A stretch of DNA of 49,207 nt from an uncultured Candidatus Saccharibacteria bacterium (GCA_964621395.1 CAZULS010000001.1:311106-360312), one strand, 5' to 3'. Shown: positions 29,268 to 38,843, counted from the stretch's first letter. Notes: generated by a model not told the origin, from the sequence alone. Numbers and translations: made by a program.

Positions 29268-29489
29268 ATGAACAATTTTGACTTTCAGTCTGTTGTGTGG
29301 AAAGAGGGGGAATATTATGTTTCTCAGTGTTTGGATGTGGACGTGTCAAGCTTTGGGAAGACAAAAAAGGAGGCGCTTGATAATCTTGCCGACGCACTTG
29401 ATTTGTATTTTGAAGATATGCCTGTGCCCAAGAAGGCAGAACGTGTGTCTCACCCGACAATTGTCCCCGTAACTCTCAAGCATGCCTAG
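29268..29489 (+). CDS. hicB: HicB family antitoxin
   Basis: VVWKEGEYYVSQC...VSSFGKTKKEALDNLADALDLYFE. Confidence 0.88.
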   Translation: MNNFDFQSVVWKEGEYYVSQCLDVDVSSFGKTKKEALDNLADALDLYFEDMPVPKKAERVSHPTIVPVTLKHA

Positions 29490-29887
29490 ACCGTATCCCG
29501 TACGGATTATTATCAAAACCCTTGAGCATAAGGGTTTTGTCTTTGTCTCTCAAACAGGCAGTCATGCGAAATATCGTAAGGAAGGTACCCCGACACGCAC
29601 GGTGATTGTCCCAATTCATACCAAAGATATATGAGAGCCTGTTCATAATCTCAACGGAATTGAATGAAAGAGATATATCCTTGCCGGCTTAACGCACCAT
29701 ATACCGGCTGCAAATCCCTCAAAGCGTCTCGAAGTACGAGAGTACTCCGTCGACACTTTTCACGATTTTCGCTCGGTATATGGTGCATTACGCACGACAT
29801 GAGATTATAAGCAGGCTCTGATATGGAACATTTCGCTCTATTCTCCGTCAGTCGGGTTTGAAAAAAGAAGATTTTTCGAAAAAATAA
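29482..29887 (+). pseudogene. hicA: HicA toxin gene split by a MITE
   Basis: 5' part ...KGFVFVSQTGSHAKY...VIVPIHTKDI (29482-29631); 3' part YGTFRSILRQSGLKKEDFSKK* (29822-29887). Confidence 0.9.
29635..29818 (-). mobile_element. 184-bp MITE with GAGCCTG TIRs and TGA target duplication
   Basis: gagcctgttcataatctca ... tgagattataagcaggctc, with TGA on both sides. Confidence 0.9.
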
Positions 29888-29913
29888 AAACACCCCGAAG
29901 GGTGTCTTATTTT

Positions 29914-31062
29914 CTACGCACAAATCGCGCCTCGAATTGCCGGCACCACCTCTCTGTCCATCACATCCGGTAGTATGCGATCCACAGACGGCTCAATAAC
30001 ACCTGCAATAGCTTTTGCCGCGGCGATTTTCACTTCTGTCATGTGTTTCGACATAATACATTTTCGCGGGAATGTGTGAGCGTCGAGAAGACCGCGGAAG
30101 ATGCCCGGGAAAACGAGCGCATTGTTGATTTGATTGGGGAAATCGGATCGCCCGGTGCCTACGATAAACGCACCGGCTGCATGTGCCACATCAGGCATAA
30201 TTTCCGGCTCCGGATTTGCCATAGCGAAGATGATGGGTTTATCAGCCATTCCCTGTACCATATCCTCAGAAAGAATGCAGCACTTTGAAACACCGATGAA
30301 TACGTCAGCGCCGACAAGAGCGTCTTTCATATCGCCGGAGAGTGCGCGCGGATTGGAATGCTCTGCGATACGTTTCTTATAGGGATTAAGATCTGTACGC
30401 TCAGTAGCGACGATTCCTTTACTATCGACGAGAACAATATCTTTTATCCCATATGCACGAAGGAGCCGTGTGATGGCAATTCCTGCGGCACCGGCACCGT
30501 TTACCACAATGCGAAGTTCTTCCACTGCGCTTCCTCGGAGTTTTGCGGCGTTTAGAAGTGCGGCGAGGGTGACGATAGCGGTACCGTCTTGGTCATCGTG
30601 AAAGACGGGAATAGGGAGTTCGTTTTCTAGGCGATCAAGAATATCAAAACATCCCGGTGCGGCAATGTCTTCAAGATTAATGCCGCCAAATGATGGCGCA
30701 ACATGTTTACAAAACTGAATGATTTCCTCAACGTCCTGGGTTTTAATACACAAAGGTACGGCATCGATATCAGCCTGCGATTTAAAAATCATCACTTTTC
30801 CTTCCATGACAGGCAAAGCAGATTCCGGCCCAATATTTCCCAAACCAAGCACAGCGCTGCCGTCTGAGACTATGGCAACGGTATTGCTTCTATTGGTGAG
30901 AGCTTGAATTTCCCTTGGTTCTTCTGCAATGCGCTCACACACTTTCGCAACACCGGGAGTATAGGCGAGCGCCAAGTCAGACGCGTCTTTGAGTGGCGCT
31001 TTTGCTCGCGTTTCTATTTTCCCGCGATGATTGCGATGATAAGAGAGAGGGTCGGTGCTCAT
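29914..31062 (-). CDS. NAD(P)-dependent malic enzyme
   Basis: LAYTPGVA, DGSAVLGLGNIG, GINLEDI, FHDDQDGT, GAGAAG, GRSDFPNQINN. Confidence 0.96.
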   Translation of the reverse strand: MSTDPLSYHRNHRGKIETRAKAPLKDASDLALAYTPGVAKVCERIAEEPREIQALTNRSNTVAIVSDGSAVLGLGNIGPESALPVMEGKVMIFKSQADIDAVPLCIKTQDVEEIIQFCKHVAPSFGGINLEDIAAPGCFDILDRLENELPIPVFHDDQDGTAIVTLAALLNAAKLRGSAVEELRIVVNGAGAAGIAITRLLRAYGIKDIVLVDSKGIVATERTDLNPYKKRIAEHSNPRALSGDMKDALVGADVFIGVSKCCILSEDMVQGMADKPIIFAMANPEPEIMPDVAHAAGAFIVGTGRSDFPNQINNALVFPGIFRGLLDAHTFPRKCIMSKHMTEVKIAAAKAIAGVIEPSVDRILPDVMDREVVPAIRGAICA

Positions 31063-31127
31063 AGGAGGGTGTGTGCTCGATAGTATAGCATCTTTCGCCA
31101 GAGCAGAGAAAGGGGTATGATGGAGTC

Positions 31128-32384
31128 ATGAATATACATGAACAGCATAATGACAACATGACCATTGATGAAGCACGCAGAAGCGCTGCTGAAGAAGAGA
31201 TGTTCTGTAAGATTCATTACAGAAAGGAAGAAGAAAAGAGAAAAGCTGCAGAAGATAAGGAATTTGAAAGAGCAGGAGAAAGAATAAAAGAAAAAAGAGA
31301 GACAGAACGGAGGAAGAAAATTCGCGAGATTCAGGAAAGACTGAACAAGGAAGTTCCCTCGCGCACAGTGCCACCACCGCGTGGGGTTGTTCGTCCTGGG
31401 GAAAGGCATTTTGAGAAAGAGGAGGAAGAGTTATCTGATAGGGCCGAAACCTCGGGCATGAGTCGTCGCACTTTCTTAAGGAAGGCGGCAATTGGTACGG
31501 CGGTCGGTTTCTTAGGTGTGAAGGGTCTCATAAATCTCTTTTCCGGAAAGGATGAAGATGAAGGAGAAGGACCGCGCTTTGAGGTGGGTAAACATGATCG
31601 GGAATGGCTTTTGGAGCGTGTGCGTGAGACAGGGGAGTTCATTTCACCTGAACATCGCACAGTACTGAATACAGAAGTAATGGATGCCCTCAAAGATTAT
31701 TGGAAGGGTGTGTATATGGGAGAGAAGGATAAATGGGATGAGAATGGTCGAGAGATACGCTATGACATTCCAGGTGCATATGGAAGAATGCTTAAGTACG
31801 ATGATGTCATAAGAGGTGAGTTTAAAAAATGGGAGGTTCCCCCTGATTTACGATTTCTCTCTATTGTAGAATCACATTGGAATAATTTCGGTAAAAGATA
31901 TTCTCTAAAAACAGCGGGAGGACCGTTTCAGTTTATGGCATCGACTGCGAAATGGTTGGGCTTGAAAATAGACCCCTCGACAGGTGTTGGGATTGATGAG
32001 CGCTTCATTCCTGAAAGGAGCGCATGGGCGGCGGCAAAGTATCTAAAGTGGATGATGAAAGGGAATGGGAATGATCCTAATCTTGCACTCCATGAATATA
32101 ATGGGGGTTTTGCATTGCGATATCGTCGTCGAGTTGAAAGAGAAGGAGGGGAGCCTACATACGAGGAGTTCCTTGAACATATGGCTGCAGGAATTAATAA
32201 GAGAAAAAGGGATGTGCTACGTTTTAAAGAAGGAGAAAAAGCGTTTTGGAAAGACTTAAAAGAAGGATGGGAAGGGGGTGTGTTGGGAAACTATAAGGAA
32301 AATATTGAGTATACAGCGAAAGTGCGCGCGGTGATTGAATTGGTGAATGACCCGGAATGGAAATGGAAGAATGGTGTCGCGTAA
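31128..32384 (+). CDS. Lytic transglycosylase (SLT domain) with charged N-terminus and internal twin-arginine-like anchor
   Basis: SIVESHW, AGGPFQFMASTAK, DERF...SAWAAAKYL, ALHEYNGG; SRRTFLRK plus hydrophobic stretch at about aa 110-137. Confidence 0.85.
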   Translation: MNIHEQHNDNMTIDEARRSAAEEEMFCKIHYRKEEEKRKAAEDKEFERAGERIKEKRETERRKKIREIQERLNKEVPSRTVPPPRGVVRPGERHFEKEEEELSDRAETSGMSRRTFLRKAAIGTAVGFLGVKGLINLFSGKDEDEGEGPRFEVGKHDREWLLERVRETGEFISPEHRTVLNTEVMDALKDYWKGVYMGEKDKWDENGREIRYDIPGAYGRMLKYDDVIRGEFKKWEVPPDLRFLSIVESHWNNFGKRYSLKTAGGPFQFMASTAKWLGLKIDPSTGVGIDERFIPERSAWAAAKYLKWMMKGNGNDPNLALHEYNGGFALRYRRRVEREGGEPTYEEFLEHMAAGINKRKRDVLRFKEGEKAFWKDLKEGWEGGVLGNYKENIEYTAKVRAVIELVNDPEWKWKNGVA

Positions 32385-32420
32385 AACACAATATACCCCC
32401 ATAGGGTATATTGTGTTTTA
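32382..32420. promoter_or_regulatory. Operator-like inverted repeat upstream of the glutaredoxin gene
   Basis: taaaacacaatataccc-ccata-gggtatattgtgtttta. Confidence 0.55.
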
Positions 32421-32477
32421 CGTCATGTATGGTACACTGGAGGTGTCAGTTTTATTATTCATTAGTTATTTTATTGT

Positions 32478-32717
32478 ATGGATCAAAAAGACGTGATTGT
32501 GTATTCCACACCAACATGTGCCTTTTGTCACATGGCAAAGGAGTTTTTCACTGAGAAGGGTGTGCAGTATACGGAATATGATGTTGCTGCTGATGAGGCA
32601 AAGCGCAATGAAATGGTTGAGAAGACCGGTCAGATGGGTGTTCCGGTGATTGTCATCGGTGACGAAGCTGTTGTCGGTTTCGACCAGGCACGTATTGCCG
32701 AGCTTCTTGGGCTCTAA
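32478..32717 (+). CDS. Glutaredoxin (NrdH/YruB-like)
   Basis: YSTPTCAFC, GQMGVPVIVIG, VVGFD. Confidence 0.93.
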   Translation: MDQKDVIVYSTPTCAFCHMAKEFFTEKGVQYTEYDVAADEAKRNEMVEKTGQMGVPVIVIGDEAVVGFDQARIAELLGL

Positions 32718-32808
32718 ACTCCAAGTTTCGCTCAAGTAAAAAATATGTTTAAATAAAAAGCGTCGAGAGGCGCTTTTTATTGTGTCTTACGATATGGCTT
32801 CAATATAT

Positions 32809-32880
32809 CCCCTCGTAGCTCAACGGATAGAGCTGCTCCGTCCTAAGGAGAAGATGTGGGTTCAACTCCTACCGAGGGGA
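32809..32880 (+). tRNA. tRNA-Arg(CCT)
   Basis: CCCCTCG/CGAGGGG acceptor, ctcc-gtCCTaa-ggag, GGTTCAACTCC. Confidence 0.9.
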
Positions 32881-33096
32881 CAAATACGAAAAAGAGCGCC
32901 TTTAGGCGCCTTTTTCGTTTGTCCAACCCCACATATATCACCATTATAGAATAGTTACTCGTTTGCGGTGTTGTCGCTGAGTGGGATAAGCACATCTTGA
33001 AACTCACCAATGTGGGGCTGGGCTGGTTAAGGATATTGATGAAATAGAACTATCAGTGAAAGTGGGACTGGGCAATGTATCGTGTCATCTTTATAC

Positions 33097-33124
33097 AACG
33101 TTGCCCCAACGTTGGGGCAACGTT
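33097..33124. repeat. 28-bp perfect palindrome with three AACGTT units
   Basis: aacgttgccccaacgttggggcaacgtt. Confidence 0.85.
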
Positions 33125-33267
33125 ACCTCCTGAACATGGGTTCCATATGAGCTTCACCTCCCTACCTTTGTGTGCTACAATACACCAACCGACAAGAAGG
33201 ACATGATAATATTCTCCATTCAATTCCGTTGAGAACAGTAAATAGGTTCTTACGTCGGTTTGTCATT

Positions 33268-33570
33268 ATGTTGACGGACAGTCAAGAAAAAAAGATGCTT
33301 GAGGAGGCGCTGAAGCTGGCCAAAGAGAACAACGACATGCTCCGTAAAATGCGCCGCGCTCAGATCTGGGAACGGGTCACGCGTATTGTCTATTGGTGTG
33401 TTGTGATTATCGTGGCACTTGCTGGATACTATATCCTCCAGCCATTTTTCGAAGGTGTCGGAGAAGCGTATAACACTGTTCGTGAGAGTGTCGCAGAAAT
33501 CAAAGGAGTCGCAGACTCTCTTCCCGAACTCCCGTCATTTCTGGGAGGTGGGAAAGACACAGTAGAATAA
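33268..33570 (+). CDS. Hypothetical single-TM protein
   Basis: LEEALKLAKENNDMLRKMRR, then TM, then YYILQPF; start at ATG 33268. Confidence 0.8.
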   Translation: MLTDSQEKKMLEEALKLAKENNDMLRKMRRAQIWERVTRIVYWCVVIIVALAGYYILQPFFEGVGEAYNTVRESVAEIKGVADSLPELPSFLGGGKDTVE

Positions 33571-33580
33571 AAGAAGATAA

Positions 33581-33768
33581 GAGAACCTGTCTCGCAAAAA
33601 ATGACTTGTTCTTGTGCCAGATATTCGAGCGAACCGAAGTCTCGGAGACCGAAGCGTACTTTTGTACGGTGAGGCCGAGAGACAAGGTGCAGCCGAATAT
33701 GTGGTGCGAGAACTGTCAAGCGAAGCTCTCAGAGACTTTCCTTTATGTTTTTTGTGAGATAGGTTCTC
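33581..33768 (+). mobile_element. MITE-like structured element, copy 5 (most diverged)
   Basis: gagaacctgtctcgcaaaaa ... tttttgtgagataggttctc; keeps agcgaaccga and gacaaggtgcagccg. Confidence 0.8.
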
Positions 33769-33774
33769 CCCAAT

Positions 33775-33851
33775 GCCGAGGTAGCTCAGTTGGCTAGAGC
33801 ACTGGTCTGAAGAACCAGGTGTCGGCGGTTCGAGCCCGCCCCTCGGCACCA
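33775..33851 (+). tRNA. tRNA-Phe(GAA)
   Basis: GCCGAGG acceptor, ctggt-ctGAAga-accag, GGTTCGAGCCC, encoded CCA. Confidence 0.96.
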
Positions 33852-34349
33852 AGCACCACTTTTATAAATAGACACATGGTATACCCATGTGTCTATTTGC
33901 TTAGCCCTCTCTGTGGTATTTTTCGTAATCAATAAAAGTGGTGCTTGGTGCCGAGGGAATGCCACACCTCACACGTGATTTTTTTATATAGAGCCAGGTT
34001 TCTTTAATGCCTATTATATTTGTTTATGAACATAAAAGCGTATGAGGTGTGGCATGTGCGGGCTCGAACGGCGCAGCTATATCGGAGCAGTTTACTGCGA
34101 CGATTGCGAGCCGCGTCTGATACCACTCTTTCATTTTTCTCTCAAAACAATTGTTAGAGATAATGTAGGTAAAGAGAAGTGCGATATACGCTATAGATAC
34201 GAGAGTGGTATCAGACGAGCCCGCCCACAAAATATTTCGAGCAAAATGTAACATGTGCGGGCTTGAGACTAGCCTATAGACAAATTATCTTTCTTGATGT
34301 AGTCTACGGAGAGGTTAGTTACGGAAAAATAATTTAAACATGATATAAA

Positions 34350-34928
34350 ATGGGTTTACTTGATAGGTTAAAAGGGGGAAATACAAGAGCAATTACAGAA
34401 CTCTTTGTATTAGTGCATCCGTTCTTTGATTTTTCTGAATTTGGCACACCGAAGTCACAATGGGACAAATTTAGAAGTATGTGGGAAATGTCGATTAAGT
34501 CTGCAGCACAACGTCCAGGATGTTTTGCAATCGTATACTTCAATGACATTCTTATGAAGAATCCTTCACTGGAAGAAGTCCGCAGGCTTTATATTTCCAA
34601 AGAATCTAAAGCGATGGGCGAATTGGTCCATTCTTCCTTCGGGAGGAGCCGGTACTTATTTATTGCAGCAATGAATCTTGCTTTCCCGGGCCTCGCTCAC
34701 GATTCGTCGGTAGAGGAAAGGCTCGATAAGGAAAAGGTGACAGTAAACATACGTGGTGTATATGCCACACGCTGTGTTAGTGATGCAAAAATTGGTATTC
34801 GAGATGCGTATAACATTCCCGAAGAGCGCATCTTAATCGACTTTTCTGAATCGGTCTTTGCAGAAGATTATCTTGCGGAAGAACATGGTTTTCCAGATAA
34901 CCTTCTTACAAGGTTTGCCCTGTACTAA
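34350..34928 (+). CDS. Hypothetical protein
   Basis: 192-aa ORF ending at a bidirectional terminator. Confidence 0.65.
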   Translation: MGLLDRLKGGNTRAITELFVLVHPFFDFSEFGTPKSQWDKFRSMWEMSIKSAAQRPGCFAIVYFNDILMKNPSLEEVRRLYISKESKAMGELVHSSFGRSRYLFIAAMNLAFPGLAHDSSVEERLDKEKVTVNIRGVYATRCVSDAKIGIRDAYNIPEERILIDFSESVFAEDYLAEEHGFPDNLLTRFALY

Positions 34929-34956
34929 AAGACGGAGCATCTGATGCTCCGTTTTT
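34927..34956. terminator. Bidirectional intrinsic terminator
   Basis: aaaagacggagcatc-t-gatgctccgttttt between convergent genes. Confidence 0.8.
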
Positions 34957-34975
34957 CTATGGTTGGATAACTAAC

Positions 34976-35461
34976 CTACGAAGCCTTTACCTTCACCCTT
35001 GAAATTTTTTCGCGGTCTACTTTCGGGAGGCGGATGGTGAGAAGGCCGTTTTTCTCTTTTGCCACGGCTTCTTCCGGTTCAATTTCTTCAGGGAGTACAA
35101 TACTTCGTGAGAATGAGCCCCAATAGAGTTCGCGGAAGAAATAGTCGTCGCTCTCGGACTCTGAGGATTCCATGCGTTCGCCACGAATGGTAACCATTTC
35201 GCGCGTGATATCCACTTCTATGTCGGAAGGGTCTACACCGGCAATCATCGCTTTGATGATTATATCATCGGCTGTTTGGCACACATCGACGGCAAGCTCT
35301 CCCTCCTCAGTCATTTCATCAGAAAGCCACTCGTCGTCTTCTTCCGACTTCACAATCTCGCGCTCATCGGGCTCTTCACCGCGAAAGTCCTCCTCATGCT
35401 CATCGCTCATATCAACGGTGCCGGTGAGTCGCTCAAAAAATGATGGTTTGTTCTTTGGCAT
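34976..35461 (-). CDS. Hsp20/alpha-crystallin small heat-shock protein
   Basis: LAVDV, VTIRGER, ELYWGSFSRSIVLP, NGLLTIRLPK. Confidence 0.95.
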   Translation of the reverse strand: MPKNKPSFFERLTGTVDMSDEHEEDFRGEEPDEREIVKSEEDDEWLSDEMTEEGELAVDVCQTADDIIIKAMIAGVDPSDIEVDITREMVTIRGERMESSESESDDYFFRELYWGSFSRSIVLPEEIEPEEAVAKEKNGLLTIRLPKVDREKISRVKVKAS

Positions 35462-35479
35462 AAGTGGAAGGGCGTTGCG

Positions 35480-36184
35480 CTAGCTACGGATAAGTTGTTG
35501 CGAACGTTGTTTAATACCTTCGAAAAGGAAAATGATAAAGATGGCACCGATCCACAGCCACAGAAAAATGGAAAAAGGATCAGGTCCGTTTTCCTTCATT
35601 ATAAAGAAATTAAAGGCGGTATGTAAAGCGGTTGCTATACACAGTCCAAAAATGCCCATTATTTTCCTACCGAGGGGGCGGAAAAACGAAAACGCAATCA
35701 TGGCACCTACGCTTGCCGAGGCGATAACGTGCAGGAGCGTTGCGCCGAGAAAGCGAAGATTACCGGTGAGGAAAGAAACGAGCGTTTGACCGCTTGTAAT
35801 CGGCTGGATGAGAAAGAGGGTGTTTTCAAGAGCGGCAAAACCAAGGGCGACGGTAATCATATAAATCATAGCATCGATTGGTTCGTCGAAATGGCGCGAA
35901 CCGGTAATGACAAGAATGATGGTGCCGAATTTCACCGTTTCTTCGATGGCGGCCCAAAGCGCGAGGCGAATGGGACCTTCGGCGACAAAGTTGGCGACGA
36001 GCATTTCGAGTGGATACACGAGAATGACAGATGCCATACCGGCAAAGAATGCGAGCATGATAAGTCCGCGCGGTTCGGGGCGTTTTTTGTCTTCTTTCAG
36101 CCAAAACCAAAGCCATACAAGTGCAGGCAGAACACCTCCAAGAAGGGCATAGAAGAGAGCTTGCGGTGTGAGTGTTTCGAGCAT
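35480..36184 (-). CDS. PrsW family intramembrane metalloprotease
   Basis: D...PEP, AAIEETVK, LGFAALEN, LLH, LHTAFN; start at ATG 36184. Confidence 0.93.
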   Translation of the reverse strand: MLETLTPQALFYALLGGVLPALVWLWFWLKEDKKRPEPRGLIMLAFFAGMASVILVYPLEMLVANFVAEGPIRLALWAAIEETVKFGTIILVITGSRHFDEPIDAMIYMITVALGFAALENTLFLIQPITSGQTLVSFLTGNLRFLGATLLHVIASASVGAMIAFSFFRPLGRKIMGIFGLCIATALHTAFNFFIMKENGPDPFSIFLWLWIGAIFIIFLFEGIKQRSQQLIRS

Positions 36185-36335
36185 GGGAGAATACGTGCTT
36201 CTATTATACACCGCTTTATGTGTGCTTGGGGAGAAAGAGGGGACAGGAAAAAGAAAGATGAAATATGAAATACGAAATATGTAAAAAAGCGCGGCAACCG
36301 TTGGTTGCCGCGCTTTTTGTATATATCTATTTCCT

Positions 36336-36439
36336 GTCATCCCGCACTTGATCCTAAACCACAAGTGGTCGGATACGATGCGGGATCTAAAAATAATGAG
36401 ATTACTCTCTTTGGATTCCGGCTCGGGGGCCGGAATGAC
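36336..36439. repeat. Inverted GTCATYCC REP pair, first copy with a loop insertion
   Basis: gtcatcccgcacttgat[cctaaaccacaagtggtcggatac]gatgcgggatc ... gattccggctcgggggccggaatgac. Confidence 0.75.
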
Positions 36440-36575
36440 AAGGGCTTTTGTTATATGCGTGCGCGGCGAAGCCGCGCACGACTAACAACTACTAACTAAA
36501 AACTAACAACTTCTCCGATGTGTTCCCCAACACCTAAACGACCACTTTCTCTCAACTCTCACACTCTCAACTCTT

Positions 36576-38843
36576 TTATTCACTCTTCGGCCACTTCTCA
36601 ACCATAAGAAGTGAATCATGCCCAGGCATAAGCGACCAAATTTTTTCGGTGATAAACGGCATGAAAGGATGCAAGAGTTTCAATGTTGTGGAGAGGATAG
36701 TATAGAGCACATACTGTGCAGCATGCTTGTCTTCGGGAGTGCCGTCTCCGATACGTGCTTTACTCTCTTCGATAATCACATCGGCAAATGTATGCCAGAA
36801 ATAGTGGTAGAGCTTCTCGGCTGCGAGATACAAGCGGAAGTGCTCGATATCGCTTGTGATATCGGCTGTGAGCTCATCAAGCTCTTTCATGCGCGCAGTG
36901 TCGTTTTCGGTGAGCGTCGGCTCCTGTGAAGTATCAAAATCAGCACATTGCGTCATCACAAAGCGCGACGCGTTCCATATCTTATTGGCGAATTTCTTTT
37001 GTGCGCGGATTTTGTCTTCTCCGAGATTGATATCATTTCCCACCGCTGCGCCAATGATGAGTGACATGCGGGTTGCATCGGCACCATACGAAGCAATGGC
37101 ATCGCGAGGGTCCATTGCATTGCCGAGTGATTTACTCATTTTGCGTCCTTGGCCGTCGCGCACGATACCGTGGAGATACACATACTTAAAAGGAATATCA
37201 CCGATGAGGTAGGTTGTCATGAGAATCATGCGTGCTACCCAGAAAAAGATGATGTCGTACCCTGTCTCAAGGACGGTCGTGGGATGGTATGTTTTGAAAT
37301 CATCGGTTTCATCAGGCCAGCCAAGCGTGGAGAATGTCCAGAGACCGGATGAGAACCATGTGTCGAGCGTGTCAGGGTCTTGCTCCCACGTGCCTGATGT
37401 CCCTAACGTATAGGGCGCGTCTCCAGGAGCTTCAGTACCCACATGGATATCTTCACCGTTTTCGGTTTTCTTATACCACACAGGAATACGATGCCCATAC
37501 CAAATTTGTCGACTGATGCACCAGTCGTTAAGGTTATCAATCCAGTGATTGTATGTTTTTGCAAATCGCTCGGGCATGATGGTGGTCTGCCCGTTTTCCA
37601 CAACCGTATGCATGAGTTTCTTCAGCGTAACCATCTCGCCGTGCGCGATACCTTCGATGCCGTGTCCTTTGAAGGGAAATTCTTTATTCACGTTCACAAA
37701 CCACTGTAATTTCGGAAGTGGCTCGATAATGCCACCGGTGCGTTCCGCTGTTGAAACATTTTGTGTAATCTCTTCTTCCTTTTCGAGAAGACCTTCCTCT
37801 CTGAGCCAGGACACGATTTCTTCGCGAGCGTCTGTTGTTTTCTTGCCATGCAAGCGTGGTTCATCCACATCCATTTTCCCATATTCGTTGATGACTTGAA
37901 TCATCGGCAGATCATGACGTTCCTTCATGGCGAAGTCCACCATAGAGTGAGCGGGCGTGACACCCACAGCGCCGGTGCCATATTCAGGGTCAACGTCTTT
38001 GTCGGCAATGATACGGATATGAAGCGGCACACCACAGAAAACGACATCATGCTCTGTGCCAATATATGCTTTATAGCGGGTGTCATCAGGATGCACTGCT
38101 ACGGCCGTGTCGCCCACTTTGGTTTCCGGGCGTGTGGTGGCAATGGCAATGGGGAAGTTTTTTCCGTAGCGAAAGGTGTAGACATGTGCCTTGCGTTCTT
38201 CGTACACAATCTCATCATCGGAGATGGTCGTCTGTCCTTTCGGATCCCAATTGACCACTCTATAGCCACGATAGATGAGTCCGTCATTATACATGCGGAT
38301 AAACGCTTCGTTGACTGCTTTCCTTCGTGTATCATCGAGAGTAAAGGCTTCACGGCTCCAATCCACCGACGCTCCCATCTTGGCGATTTGATCCACGATA
38401 TTATCGTGGCTGTCCTGAGCAAACGCATCGACTCGCTCCAAAAATGCCTCACGACCTAAATCGTGTCGGCTTTTCTTTTCTTTTTTCTGGAGCTCTTTTT
38501 CCACCTTGCTTTGTGTGGCAATTGCCGCATGATCTGACCCGGGAAGCCACAGCGTGCGCTTGCCGCGCATACGTTCAAAACGAGTGAGAATATCTTCCAC
38601 AGCAAGCATGGCTCCGTGACCCATGTGCAAGATACCGGTCACATTTGGCGGGGGCAGTACCATGGAGAATGTGGGTGCGTCGGGCTCAGTGATACCTTTT
38701 TCAATACATGTGTCGGGGTTGAAGAAACCGCTCTCTTTCCATGCGGTGTAGATTGCTTCTTCGGTCGCCGCAGGATCATATGGCGAGAGAAGTTCCTCCG
38801 GAATATTCGGAGCGGGGGAGGAGGGTGTGGTATCTGTGCTCAT
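36576..38843 (-). CDS. valS: Valine--tRNA ligase (lacks the C-terminal coiled coil)
   Basis: PPPNVTGILHMGH, DHAAIATQ, WCISRQIWYGH, KMSKSLGN; ends at WP. Confidence 0.98.
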   Translation of the reverse strand: MSTDTTPSSPAPNIPEELLSPYDPAATEEAIYTAWKESGFFNPDTCIEKGITEPDAPTFSMVLPPPNVTGILHMGHGAMLAVEDILTRFERMRGKRTLWLPGSDHAAIATQSKVEKELQKKEKKSRHDLGREAFLERVDAFAQDSHDNIVDQIAKMGASVDWSREAFTLDDTRRKAVNEAFIRMYNDGLIYRGYRVVNWDPKGQTTISDDEIVYEERKAHVYTFRYGKNFPIAIATTRPETKVGDTAVAVHPDDTRYKAYIGTEHDVVFCGVPLHIRIIADKDVDPEYGTGAVGVTPAHSMVDFAMKERHDLPMIQVINEYGKMDVDEPRLHGKKTTDAREEIVSWLREEGLLEKEEEITQNVSTAERTGGIIEPLPKLQWFVNVNKEFPFKGHGIEGIAHGEMVTLKKLMHTVVENGQTTIMPERFAKTYNHWIDNLNDWCISRQIWYGHRIPVWYKKTENGEDIHVGTEAPGDAPYTLGTSGTWEQDPDTLDTWFSSGLWTFSTLGWPDETDDFKTYHPTTVLETGYDIIFFWVARMILMTTYLIGDIPFKYVYLHGIVRDGQGRKMSKSLGNAMDPRDAIASYGADATRMSLIIGAAVGNDINLGEDKIRAQKKFANKIWNASRFVMTQCADFDTSQEPTLTENDTARMKELDELTADITSDIEHFRLYLAAEKLYHYFWHTFADVIIEESKARIGDGTPEDKHAAQYVLYTILSTTLKLLHPFMPFITEKIWSLMPGHDSLLMVEKWPKSE

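Noticed and set aside
29632-29634. TGA recoding (genetic code 25 or selenocysteine) in hicA
   Set aside because: TGA ends intact genes here (13179, 17230, 28397 and tsaD), and conserved genes have no in-frame TGA.
34024-34254. Cys-containing 69-aa ORF (CxxC...CxxC) and its antisense ORF
   Set aside because: Short, no clear expression signals or family match; cannot be supported.
36576-38843. valS as a truncated pseudogene
   Set aside because: All catalytic and anticodon-binding motifs are intact; ValRS lacking the C-terminal coiled coil is known in this kind of lineage.
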